From an uncultured Pelagibacteraceae bacterium (GTDB lineage Bacteria; Pseudomonadota; Alphaproteobacteria; Pelagibacterales; AG-422-B15), in the NCBI GenBank assembly GCA_902547315.1, contig CACCND010000005.1:20841-84840 (forward strand): a DNA stretch of 64,000 bases. The letters run 5' to 3'. The notes beneath the pieces are model-generated. The model was given only the letters and a program-made list of their open reading frames with translations. It searched no databases and was not told the origin of the DNA. Position numbers and translations under genes: made by a program. Below, one piece after another: positions 25,776-34,932 of this stretch. Numbering within the stretch: position 1 is the first letter of the stretch; every line of letters starts with the position of its first letter.

Positions 25776-26498
25776 ATGAAAGCATCATTAATTATTATAG
25801 GTAATGAAATTTTATCAGGTCGTACACAAGATAAGAATCTATCATATCTTGCAAATTGGTTGAATGAAATAGGTATTCAATTAACAGAAGTCAGAGTAAT
25901 TCGTGATGAAGAGGATGTAATTGTTGAGACAGTTAACCATTTAAGAAAAACTTATGACTACGTGTTTACCACTGGCGGTATTGGGCCAACGCACGACGAT
26001 ATTACATCAGAGTCAATCGCTAAAGCATTTTCTGTTGATTTAGAAGTAAATCAGGGAGCGCTCTCAATATTAAAAGAGTACTATAAAGATGGAGAGCTCA
26101 CAGAAGCTCGAATGAAGATGACTAAGATGCCTGTTGGCTCAGAGCTCATTGAAAATCCAGTCAGTAAAGCGCCAGGGTTTAAAATGGACAATGTATTTGT
26201 TTTGGCAGGTATACCAGGAATTATGCAAGGTATGTTAGAAGGAGCTCGTCAATTCCTTAAGAAGGGCGATGTAGTAAAATCTAAATCAGTCGATATTTTT
26301 ACACCTGAAAGTAATGTCGCTGAGATACTCACTAACCTTCAGGCAAAATATAGTTCTGTGGAAATAGGCAGTTATCCATTTAGCAAGGAAAATAGATTTG
26401 GAACATCAATTGTTATGCGTGCTACAAGTGACGATCAGCTGTCAAAATGCGATGCAGAATTAAAGGAATTAGTTAAAAATTATGATACAAAGTATTAG
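25776..26498 (+). CDS. CinA-like molybdopterin-binding (MoCF_biosynth) domain protein
   Basis: IIIGNEILSGRTQDKN and TTGGIGPTHDDIT. Confidence 0.8.
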   Translation: MKASLIIIGNEILSGRTQDKNLSYLANWLNEIGIQLTEVRVIRDEEDVIVETVNHLRKTYDYVFTTGGIGPTHDDITSESIAKAFSVDLEVNQGALSILKEYYKDGELTEARMKMTKMPVGSELIENPVSKAPGFKMDNVFVLAGIPGIMQGMLEGARQFLKKGDVVKSKSVDIFTPESNVAEILTNLQAKYSSVEIGSYPFSKENRFGTSIVMRATSDDQLSKCDAELKELVKNYDTKY

Positions 26499-26622
26499 TA
26501 ATTTTTATCCACAAATCTCTAAGTAACTGATTTTATTTATTATTATTATTTTTTTAATATTTACTTAAGAAGGATTCTCAATAATAATTGCCTAATTTTA
26601 TAAAATTAAGGGGAAAATAAAC

Positions 26623-27315
26623 ATGAAAGTATTAATGCTAAATCCTGGAGATCACGTTGCGATTTCGTTTTGGTTGATCTCTATGGCCATGGTTGCCGCT
26701 ACTGCTTTCTTCTTTCTTGAAAGAGATCGTGTAGCAGCTAAATGGAAAACGTCCCTCACAGTAGCTGGTTTGGTTACTGGTATTGCGGCGTGGCACTACT
26801 TCTACATGAGAGGCGTATGGGTTGCTACTGGTGACTCACCAACAGTCCTTCGTTACATTGACTGGTTGATTACTGTGCCTCTACAAATCGTAGAATTCTA
26901 TGTAATTCTTGCAGCGATGACCGCTGTTGCTTCAAGCCTTTTCTGGAGACTATTAATTGCATCAATTATTATGCTTGTCTTCGGTTACATGGGTGAAACT
27001 GGAGCGATGAATGTAACTCTAGCCTTCGTAATAGGTATGGCTGGATGGTTATATATCATCTACGAGGTTTTTGCAGGTGAAGCAAGCAAGGCAAGTGCTG
27101 GTAGTGGGAACGCTGCTGGTCAGACTGCATTTAACGCATTGAGATTAATTGTTACAGTCGGATGGGCAATTTATCCAATCGGTTATGCTGTAGGTTACTT
27201 CGGTGGCGGCGTTGACGCTGGTTCATTGAACTTAATCTATAACCTTGCAGACTTTGTTAATAAAATTGCATTTGGTATGGCTATTTATGTAGCTGCAGTA
27301 TCAGACAGCAACTAA
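26623..27315 (+). CDS. proteorhodopsin (light-driven proton pump), blue-tuned Q105 variant
   Basis: RYIDWLITVPLQIVEFY carries the proton acceptor Asp, the donor Glu, and Gln at the tuning position (codon CAA 26884-26886). The Schiff-base Lys is in NLADFVNKIAFG. Confidence 0.93.
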   Translation: MKVLMLNPGDHVAISFWLISMAMVAATAFFFLERDRVAAKWKTSLTVAGLVTGIAAWHYFYMRGVWVATGDSPTVLRYIDWLITVPLQIVEFYVILAAMTAVASSLFWRLLIASIIMLVFGYMGETGAMNVTLAFVIGMAGWLYIIYEVFAGEASKASAGSGNAAGQTAFNALRLIVTVGWAIYPIGYAVGYFGGGVDAGSLNLIYNLADFVNKIAFGMAIYVAAVSDSN

Positions 27316-27339
27316 TTAACTGCAAAGTAAATAATAAAG

Positions 27340-27367
27340 AAGGGGCCCTCGGGGCCCCTTTTTTTTA
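27340..27367 (+). terminator. rho-independent terminator after the proteorhodopsin gene
   Basis: AAGGGGCCC-tcg-GGGCCCCTT GC-rich stem followed by a T run (27359-27367), in an otherwise AT-rich context. Confidence 0.85.
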
Positions 27368-27422
27368 TCCGTTGTTAAAGTTCTGGAACTAAATTACACA
27401 TAGAGTTATAAATTATTCTATT

Positions 27423-27510
27423 GGCCTCATGGCGGAATTGGTAGACGCAAAGGACTTAAAATCCTTTGGGATTTATTCCCGTCCCGGTTCGAGTCCGGGT
27501 GAGGCCACCA
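27423..27510 (+). tRNA. tRNA-Leu (anticodon UAA), CCA encoded
   Basis: Acceptor stem GGCCTCA/TGAGGCC, D arm GCGGAATTGGTAGACGC, anticodon loop CTTAAAA, long variable arm, T loop GGTTCGAGTCC. Confidence 0.9.
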
Positions 27511-27566
27511 ATTAACAGTGATAAATGAAGTATGGCATAAATTCTAATATCAGAGTACACTATTCT

Positions 27567-28460
27567 ATGTTCAAAACTTCTATACACTTCTTTTTTATTT
27601 CTTTGATAAGTCTTTTTCTAGTGACTGTTTCTATAGCTGATGAATTAGAAAATCGTGTTACTTCATTTGTAAATAATCTTACTGACAGTGCCGCTAAAAG
27701 AATCACTTCTATTATTGGTGAAAATGAAAGGGTTAAATACCTTGACATCAACTTGGGAGTAAAAGAGCACCTAAAACCTACAATTTCAATCACTAATGTT
27801 AATAAGATAAGCGAAAAAGATCTTTCTGTTTTTTTTAATCAAAATTCACTTAGCTTGCATGATGATGATCAAACAATTAATATTGGTATTGGTCATAGAT
27901 CACTTCACAAAAATGAAACAATTATAGTTGGATTAAATGCTTTTTTTGATTATTCATTTGATGAGGCTCACCAAAGAAATGGAGCAGGACTAGAAGTTAT
28001 AAGTAGTATATTTGATTTACGCACAAACATTTATGACGCAACCTCAGGCAAACAAATTACAGGGACTGGCAAAGATGAAGAAGCCCTTGATGGCTGGGAC
28101 TTAAGATTAGATTATCATATTCCAATAAAAAGAAATCTCAGAATTTTTGCAAGTATGTTTGATTTTGAAAACGGAGCTGGCTCATTCGAATTAGAAGGTG
28201 AGAAGTACGGACTACATCTAATAAGCAATAATTTTGATTTTGAAGTGGGTTATGTCGATGATAACAAGGCGGGGGATGGTACTTTTGCTAATATAAAATA
28301 TGTTGTTCCGATTGGTAATACTCAGTCAACTAAATATAACAATACAAATGAAATGTTTGAATATGTGAATATTAAAGATAGAATTTACGAGCCAGTAAAA
28401 AGAGAGAATAAAATTAGAGTTGTAAAAACAACGTTGAATGTCAAAGCAAGCGGATTCTAA
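27567..28460 (+). CDS. outer-membrane beta-barrel protein resembling the inverse-autotransporter (intimin/invasin) beta-domain, without a passenger
   Basis: Signal peptide MFKTSIHFFFISLISLFLVTVSIA|DE (the 27525 alternative start lies only 14 nt after the tRNA). LNAFFDYSFDEAHQRNGAGLEV...EEALDGWDLRLDYHIP...ASMFDFEN parallels intimin NLFFDYD...GLGAEY...ERPANGFDIRFNGYLP. The protein ends in a terminal Phe (ASGF). Confidence 0.55.
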   Translation: MFKTSIHFFFISLISLFLVTVSIADELENRVTSFVNNLTDSAAKRITSIIGENERVKYLDINLGVKEHLKPTISITNVNKISEKDLSVFFNQNSLSLHDDDQTINIGIGHRSLHKNETIIVGLNAFFDYSFDEAHQRNGAGLEVISSIFDLRTNIYDATSGKQITGTGKDEEALDGWDLRLDYHIPIKRNLRIFASMFDFENGAGSFELEGEKYGLHLISNNFDFEVGYVDDNKAGDGTFANIKYVVPIGNTQSTKYNNTNEMFEYVNIKDRIYEPVKRENKIRVVKTTLNVKASGF

Positions 28461-29327
28461 ATGAAAAACAAGTTTATAATTATTTCAAGTATCTTACTAT
28501 TCTTTAATCTTATATTTTTAAAGAATATATTAGCAGATTCTCATGTCGATACATGCACAATTACGAGTGGGGTATTTGATACTACAGAGGTAATAACAGA
28601 TGGTTATTGTGCCAGTGCTCCAGATGCATACGAAGTTGTTGCTTATGAATTATATTTCTGCACAGCAAACCCGTCAGCTCCAACAACAACATCTGTTATG
28701 GATCTGTCTAGCTGTTTTAAAAATTGGGAATATTCAGCCGGAGCAACGCTCTCAGTTCAACAAAATGTGGCCATAGATGTTCCAGGAATACTTACAAGAC
28801 CGCCTAGTGGAACATATACTCATGGGGTAATGTTAATGGACAATACATTTGGTATCACAATGTCAGCTGAGTTTGATGAATCAATGACAGGACAAGACGG
28901 AGAATCAGGGGTTTTTTGTGCAACTGTAGCTGGTTCATCTACATTCGGAACGTCATCTCTTCCAACAGGAACGTCTACTTGTGGTGCATCTGCAATTACT
29001 GCAGGCAAATACGTTGAGACGCTGACAACTTTTAATTCAGCATCTTTCACAGGTACAGCTACGGGAAATAACCTAAATGGTACAAGTGCCTCAATTAAAG
29101 GCTATTTAATAGATACTAACAGGTATCTTGCTGTTAATGACTCAGACGTGGATAAACTCATGGGTTCAATTACTTTTGCTACACCAGTTGTTTTTACAGA
29201 AAACACAACGACGTTGACAATGTCATTTAATGTAGGTGAAGGAATGTCAATGTTTAATAGCAGTGACGGTAATAATCACATTGTGTTTGGCAGTGGTCCT
29301 TTTCAGGCAATAATAACAACTGATTAA
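28461..29327 (+). CDS. secreted Thr/Ser/Gly-rich protein (six Cys), translationally abutting the barrel gene
   Basis: Its ATG directly follows the TAA of the upstream gene. Signal peptide ...FLKNILA|DS. No recognisable domain. Confidence 0.5.
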   Translation: MKNKFIIISSILLFFNLIFLKNILADSHVDTCTITSGVFDTTEVITDGYCASAPDAYEVVAYELYFCTANPSAPTTTSVMDLSSCFKNWEYSAGATLSVQQNVAIDVPGILTRPPSGTYTHGVMLMDNTFGITMSAEFDESMTGQDGESGVFCATVAGSSTFGTSSLPTGTSTCGASAITAGKYVETLTTFNSASFTGTATGNNLNGTSASIKGYLIDTNRYLAVNDSDVDKLMGSITFATPVVFTENTTTLTMSFNVGEGMSMFNSSDGNNHIVFGSGPFQAIITTD

Positions 29328-29330
29328 TTT

Positions 29331-30101
29331 TTAAAACTTAAACTGTTCATTTAAAATTCTTTCATCAAAAGAGTGATCTTCATCAAAAAGAAGTTCGACA
29401 ATCTGTTGCTCACTTTGATGCACTTCCACTGAACTGATATCTCGAAATTCCGTGCTGTCGGCAACAACACTTACAGGTCTTTTTTTACTTTCAATGACAT
29501 CAAATTTTATATTTGATTGATTATTTAATATTGCACCTTTCCATCTCCTAGGCCTAAAAGCACTAATAGGGGTTAATGCAAGAACATCAGCATTAATTGG
29601 AAGTATTGGGCCATGAGCAGACAAATTGTAAGCTGTACTACCTGATGGCGTTGAAATTAAAACTCCATCACAAATTAGTTCATCTAACCTAACCTTTCCA
29701 TCAACTGAAATTTTTATTTTAGATGCTTGATGTGTTTCTCTTAGTAACGAAACTTCATTAATCGCAATAGCTTTATGAATAGAACCATCAATACTTATAG
29801 CTTTCATCATCAATGGAGATATTTTTATTGATTGTGATTGATTGATTCTATTTATCAAATCATTATCATTTGAAGAATTCATTAGAAACCCAACACTTCC
29901 GTAATTTAGTCCGAAAATAGGTAATTGTTTATCCATGCTAGATTTTATAGTCTCAAGCATAAAACCATCTCCCCCAAGAACAACTATTACATTTGAATTT
30001 GAAAAGTCATTCTTGCCGTATTTTTCTTCTAATTCTTTTTTTTGAGAAACTGCATCATTGCTATCAGAAGCCAAAAAAATGGGTTTATCTAAATTCATCA
30101 T
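29331..30101 (-). CDS. nadK: NAD kinase
   Basis: 256 aa; GGDGFML and STPSGSTAYNLSA. Confidence 0.9.
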   Translation of the reverse strand: MMNLDKPIFLASDSNDAVSQKKELEEKYGKNDFSNSNVIVVLGGDGFMLETIKSSMDKQLPIFGLNYGSVGFLMNSSNDNDLINRINQSQSIKISPLMMKAISIDGSIHKAIAINEVSLLRETHQASKIKISVDGKVRLDELICDGVLISTPSGSTAYNLSAHGPILPINADVLALTPISAFRPRRWKGAILNNQSNIKFDVIESKKRPVSVVADSTEFRDISSVEVHQSEQQIVELLFDEDHSFDERILNEQFKF

Positions 30102-30177
30102 TTTTACCTACAAAAAAGTATTTCTTTATCCTAAAATCTTCTCTAATTGAACATAATTAATTAATTATTATTATCTT

Positions 30178-31671
30178 ATGTCTTTAGATGGGTATTTACT
30201 CTCAATAGATCAAGGCACTACTAGCTCACGGGCCTTAATTTTAGATACTAATGGCAATATCATTAGTCAAAAAAACTATGAATTCAGTCAGTATTTCCCT
30301 AACGATGGTTGGGTTGAGCATGATCCATTAGAAATTTTAAAGACAACTCAAGACGCTATTAACTTTGTAATTAAAGAAATTAACATTAGCCCAAAAGATA
30401 TCAATATCGCAGGTATAACAAATCAAAGGGAGACGGTTGTTGCATGGAACAAAATAACAGGAAAGCCAGTTTACAATGCCATTGTATGGCAGGACAGACG
30501 TACAGAGAACTTTTGTGAGACACTAAGAGAAAAAAATTTAACAAAACTTATTCAATCAAAGACTGGTCTTGTAATTGATCCTTACTTCTCAGCAACTAAA
30601 ATTAAATGGATTATTGAAAATATTGAAGAAGCAAAAAATGCGGCGAGTGAAAATAATTTGTTGGTCGGTACTATTGACTCATGGCTGATCTGGAATTTTA
30701 CAAAAGGTGAATGTCATTACACTGATGTTACTAATGCATCAAGAACGATGCTCTATAATATAAATGAGGATTGTTGGGATGATGAATTATTAAATATTTT
30801 TAATATTAAAAAAAATATTTTGCCTGATGTAAAAAATTGCGTTGATGATTTTGGAACAATAGACCCTAGATTCTTTGGAGAAAAAATATCAATAGGTGGT
30901 GTAGCAGGTGATCAACAAGCGGCAACTATTGGACAAGCTTGTTTCAAAGAGGGAATGGTTAAATCAACTTATGGCACAGGCTGTTTTTTATTAATGAATA
31001 CTGGAAATAGACTCATAGAGTCTGATACCAAATTATTGTCCACTACAGCTTATAATATATTAGATAAAAAAGATTTTGCTTTAGAGGGCAGTATCTTTAA
31101 TGCGGGTACTGTTGTTCAATGGATGCGTGATGAAATGAATTTCATTAACGATGCAAGCAAGGTCGAAGAGCTTGCATACAAAAGTACAAACGTAATACAA
31201 TTTATTCCTGCTTTTACTGGTTTGGGTGCTCCTTATTGGAACTCTGATGTAAGGGGTCAAATTACAGGAATTACCCGAGATACTAATAAAGCTGATATTG
31301 CCATGGCTGCGTTAAAATCAATATGTTATCAAACAAGAGATCTTCTTGAATGCCTGCTTAGTGATACAAAACTAAAGAGAGATGATTTTACAATTCGAGT
31401 TGATGGAGGCATGTCTAAAAATAATCTTATGATGCAATTATTATCAGATATCACTCAAGTGAGAATCGAAAGGCCTTTGAATCAAGAATCGACTGCTCTG
31501 GGTGCAGCTTACCTAGCCGGAATGAAATCTGGGGTTTACAAAGATGTTGCAGAGGTCGAGAAATTGTGGAAGACTGATCACAAATTTGAACCTGCTATTT
31601 CGTTGGATGAGGCAGATCAACAATATAATAGATGGTTAAAAGCTGTAAAAGGACTGATTAATAATGGTTGA
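30178..31671 (+). CDS. glpK: glycerol kinase
   Basis: 497 aa; IDQGTTSSR, ITNQRETVVAW and other FGGY-family GlpK signatures. Confidence 0.95.
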   Translation: MSLDGYLLSIDQGTTSSRALILDTNGNIISQKNYEFSQYFPNDGWVEHDPLEILKTTQDAINFVIKEINISPKDINIAGITNQRETVVAWNKITGKPVYNAIVWQDRRTENFCETLREKNLTKLIQSKTGLVIDPYFSATKIKWIIENIEEAKNAASENNLLVGTIDSWLIWNFTKGECHYTDVTNASRTMLYNINEDCWDDELLNIFNIKKNILPDVKNCVDDFGTIDPRFFGEKISIGGVAGDQQAATIGQACFKEGMVKSTYGTGCFLLMNTGNRLIESDTKLLSTTAYNILDKKDFALEGSIFNAGTVVQWMRDEMNFINDASKVEELAYKSTNVIQFIPAFTGLGAPYWNSDVRGQITGITRDTNKADIAMAALKSICYQTRDLLECLLSDTKLKRDDFTIRVDGGMSKNNLMMQLLSDITQVRIERPLNQESTALGAAYLAGMKSGVYKDVAEVEKLWKTDHKFEPAISLDEADQQYNRWLKAVKGLINNG

Positions 31672-32410
31672 TGTAAAAAATAGTGTTTCAAAAGAAGAAT
31701 GGGAAACAAGGCAAGACTTGGCGGCATTCTATAGAACAATTCCATATTTTGGTTGGGATGATTTAATCTTCACACATATCTCCGCTAAAGTTCCTGGAGC
31801 TGATGATGAATTTCTAATTAACCCTTATGGATTTTTATTTGATGAAATAAGTGCGTCAAACTTGGTGAAAGTTAATTTGAAGGGAAAAATACTTAGTGAC
31901 ACAAATAATTTTATAAATCCTGCAGGATTTACTATTCATAGTGCAATACATGAGTCAAGAGAGGATGCACATTGTATTGTTCACCTTCACTCGAATGACG
32001 GTGTGGCAGTAGCCTCGCTGAAAGATGGTTTGTTGCCTCTATCTCAAACAGGTATGCTAGTGAGAAGTCAAATCGCATACCACGATTATGAAGGAGTTGC
32101 ACTTTTTGAAGAAGAAAAAGAAAGATTGGTAAAGGACCTTGGTGAGGCGCGTTTAATGATACTCAGAAATCATGGAACATTGGCTATAGGTAAAAATGTT
32201 GCTGAAGCATTCACTAACATATATTTCTTAGAGAAAGCATGTTCTTATCAAGTGAGAGCTCTTTCTGGAAATCTTGAATTGAACTATCCCTCAGAGGAAT
32301 CAATTGAAACAACAAGACAACAAGGTGAGGGACGAGAAATGGCTGCGGCTTTGCTATGGCCCGCAGTTAAAAGAAAGATGGAGCGACTAGACTCATCTTT
32401 TCTTAATTAA
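31664..32410 (+). CDS. class II aldolase/adducin-family protein
   Basis: 248 aa; HSAIHE...HCIVHLHS and RNHGTLAIG. It overlaps glpK by 8 nt. Confidence 0.8.
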   Translation: MVDVKNSVSKEEWETRQDLAAFYRTIPYFGWDDLIFTHISAKVPGADDEFLINPYGFLFDEISASNLVKVNLKGKILSDTNNFINPAGFTIHSAIHESREDAHCIVHLHSNDGVAVASLKDGLLPLSQTGMLVRSQIAYHDYEGVALFEEEKERLVKDLGEARLMILRNHGTLAIGKNVAEAFTNIYFLEKACSYQVRALSGNLELNYPSEESIETTRQQGEGREMAAALLWPAVKRKMERLDSSFLN

Positions 32411-32433
32411 TCAAAATAAATAAGGAGATATAG

Positions 32434-33633
32434 ATGAAAGTATTGTGTATTTTATACGATGATCCAAAAGGGGGAATGCCGTCAAGTTATCCTGTCGAAA
32501 ATTTGCCAAAAATAGAAAAGTATCCAGATGGACAGACATTACCAACACCAAAAGGGATAGATTTTAATCCAGGGGAATTGCTTGGGTGTGTTTCTGGTGA
32601 ATTAGGCCTTAGAAAATTTCTTGAAGATGCAGGCCATACATTGGTGGTTACTAATGATAAAGATGCTCCTGGATGCGTTGCGGAAAAAGAGCTTGTTGAT
32701 GCTGATGTAGTAATATCGCAACCTTTCTTTCCATTTTATTTAACAAAAGAACGTATTGCTATGGCTAAGAATTTAAAAATGGCAATAACTGCTGGTATTG
32801 GTTCAGACCATGTTGATTTACAAGCTGCTATGGATAATAAAATTGATGTTATGGAAGTTACTTTTTGTAATTCAAGGTCCGTTGCTGAGCATATTGTGAT
32901 GATGATATTATCTTTAGTGAGAGATTATCATAATCAATACCGAATTATTAATGAGGGCGGATGGAATATTGCAGATGCAGTACAAAGATCATACGACCTT
33001 GAGGGCATGCATGTAGGAACAGTTGCAGCTGGAAGAATAGGCTTAGATGCATTAAGAAAACTTAAGCATTTTGATGTTCATATGCATTATTTTGACAGAC
33101 ATAGATTACCAGAGTCAGTAGAAAAAGAGCTGGATTTGACTTTTCATGACTCTGTTGAGTCAATGGTTGCAGTATGCGATGTTGTAACAATCAACTGTCC
33201 ACTTCACCCTGAAACTGAAAATCTCTTTGACGATGAGATGATCGGAAAAATGAAAAAAGGAGCATACATTGTAAATACTGCGCGTGGTAAAATTTGTAAC
33301 CGTGATGCAATTGCACGTGCCTTAGAGTCAGGTCAATTAAGTGGTTATGCTGGCGATGTATGGTTTCCACAACCTGCTCCAAATGATCACGTATGGAGAA
33401 CGATGCCAAATCATGGAATGACGCCACATACTTCAGGAACTTCGCTTTCAGCTCAGGCAAGATACGCAGCTGGTGTTAGAGAAATTCTTGAATGTTTATT
33501 TGCTGGAGAAGATCAAAGAACAGAATATACAATTGTTAAAGATGGCGCACTTGCTGGAACAGGCGCGCACTCCTATAGCGAAGGTTCTGCCACAAGTGGT
33601 TCTGAAGAAGCTGCAAAATATCAAAGAAAATAG
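32434..33633 (+). CDS. fdh: NAD-dependent formate dehydrogenase
   Basis: 399 aa; MKVLCILYDDP..., GTVAAGRIG Rossmann motif, PLHPETE and TPHTSGTSLSAQ. Confidence 0.9.
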   Translation: MKVLCILYDDPKGGMPSSYPVENLPKIEKYPDGQTLPTPKGIDFNPGELLGCVSGELGLRKFLEDAGHTLVVTNDKDAPGCVAEKELVDADVVISQPFFPFYLTKERIAMAKNLKMAITAGIGSDHVDLQAAMDNKIDVMEVTFCNSRSVAEHIVMMILSLVRDYHNQYRIINEGGWNIADAVQRSYDLEGMHVGTVAAGRIGLDALRKLKHFDVHMHYFDRHRLPESVEKELDLTFHDSVESMVAVCDVVTINCPLHPETENLFDDEMIGKMKKGAYIVNTARGKICNRDAIARALESGQLSGYAGDVWFPQPAPNDHVWRTMPNHGMTPHTSGTSLSAQARYAAGVREILECLFAGEDQRTEYTIVKDGALAGTGAHSYSEGSATSGSEEAAKYQRK

Positions 33634-33683
33634 TATAAATTTTATATTGGGACGGAGTAAAATCTGTCCTATATAATATAAAT

Positions 33684-34304
33684 ATGCTTAGCGTATTTAA
33701 AAACTATTTTTCACACTCAACCATTTATGGCTTTTTCATAATGGCAGTTATTGGAATTTACTACATTCTTTCTAACGGATTATTATCTGAGTATTTACTT
33801 TGGTTTTTTATACCAATCATTCTGGCGCCTTTTTATGAGTGGTATGTTCATAAATATCAATTACACAGAGAGCTTACAAAAAAAGATGGTTGGTACAGAA
33901 GATATCAAATTGTATTACATCACGGACACCACAAAGATCCTGACAATATCAAGCTTCAATTTGCTCCTTGGAGATATCTTATCTATACATATGGACAAGT
34001 GTATCTTCTATATTCACTTATACTATGGAGCTTTCCTGCAGCAATGGTACCCTTTACGGGTCACCTAGTCTATCACTTATGGTATGAATGGATTCATTTG
34101 GCGCATCACTCCAAAGAGTATAAACCCCTTTCAGCAATTGGAAAAAAATTAAGAGATGCTCATATGAGTCATCATTTTCATAATGAGAATTACAACTGGG
34201 GTATAACAAATATGATCGGTGATTATTTCTTTGGAACTCTAAAGGATAATAAATCTATAAGAAAAAGTACTACTGTAAAGTCGATAGCGGGATATACAGA
34301 TTAA
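33684..34304 (+). CDS. fatty acid hydroxylase / sterol desaturase superfamily membrane protein
   Basis: Histidine boxes HKYQLH, HHGHH, HLAHH and HMSHHFH, with TM segments. Confidence 0.7.
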   Translation: MLSVFKNYFSHSTIYGFFIMAVIGIYYILSNGLLSEYLLWFFIPIILAPFYEWYVHKYQLHRELTKKDGWYRRYQIVLHHGHHKDPDNIKLQFAPWRYLIYTYGQVYLLYSLILWSFPAAMVPFTGHLVYHLWYEWIHLAHHSKEYKPLSAIGKKLRDAHMSHHFHNENYNWGITNMIGDYFFGTLKDNKSIRKSTTVKSIAGYTD

Positions 34305-34309
34305 ATTAG

Positions 34310-34361
34310 TGGTGCCCCAAATCGGACTTGAATCGCGAACCTATTGATTACAAATCAATTG
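34310..34361 (-). pseudogene. degenerate partial copy of tRNA-Thr (3' two-thirds: CCA end through the anticodon stem)
   Basis: 48 of 52 nt are identical to 34708-34759. The 5' acceptor strand and D arm are missing or scrambled, so it cannot fold as a tRNA. Confidence 0.75.
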
Positions 34362-34379
34362 GTGTATAAACTATCCTCG

Positions 34380-34703
34380 ATGAGCTATCTAATCTTTGTA
34401 ATTTGTGTTTTAACTTTTACATCAAGCAACTTATTTGCTCTCGATTCTTCAATTAAAAATAAGATAATAAATACGATTGAGAAAAATGAGATGGTTGATA
34501 GAGCTATATTTGGACAAGATGAAGTTGGTTGGGGAGGTTATGATATCTTTTGGATTTTTATGCCTAAGATATCTGGTAAGGATTACGATAGTATAGCAGA
34601 ATTCTTTTGTCCCGTTTTCAAAACAAACGGTTTAAGTAAGATAGTTGTCTCCATTAAAAAATCTGGTACTTACGACACATTAGGAAGAGGTTATTGCAGC
34701 TAA
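34380..34703 (+). CDS. small secreted protein (107 aa from the internal ATG)
   Basis: MSYLIFVICVLTFTSSNLFA|LD signal peptide. The track's start at 34344 lies inside the tRNA-derived repeat. Confidence 0.45.
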   Translation: MSYLIFVICVLTFTSSNLFALDSSIKNKIINTIEKNEMVDRAIFGQDEVGWGGYDIFWIFMPKISGKDYDSIAEFFCPVFKTNGLSKIVVSIKKSGTYDTLGRGYCS

Positions 34704-34707
34704 CAAG

Positions 34708-34783
34708 TGGTGCCCCCACACGGACTTGAACCGCGAACCTATTGATTACAAATCAATTGCTCTACCAATTGAGCTATAGGGGC
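34708..34783 (-). tRNA. tRNA-Thr (anticodon UGU), CCA encoded
   Basis: The reverse complement GCCCCTATAGCTCAATTGGTAGAGCAATTGATTTGTAATCAATAGGTTCGCGGTTCAAGTCCGTGTGGGGGCACCA folds as a 76-nt cloverleaf with anticodon loop TTTGTAA. Confidence 0.9.
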
Positions 34784-34932
34784 AACTAATGAAACTTTTA
34801 AATTTTTAAGTTTTAATTGTCTATAATTATTTGTAAAATGGGAGTATGAAAAAATTCTTAGATTTTATCGGTGGCCAAATAGCTTTAGCCTATTTAGTAG
34901 TTTTCTTTATTTTAGTTATCTCAATGATAGCT

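Noticed and set aside
27423-29327. tRNA-Leu as an integration site for the OMP/secreted-protein pair
   Set aside because: No repeat of the tRNA-Leu 3' end is visible downstream near 29.3 kb, and there is no integrase.
33751-34068. 105-aa alternative-frame ORF overlapping the fatty-acid-hydroxylase gene
   Set aside because: The overlapping frame (33684-34304) carries the complete set of histidine boxes, and this ORF has no features.
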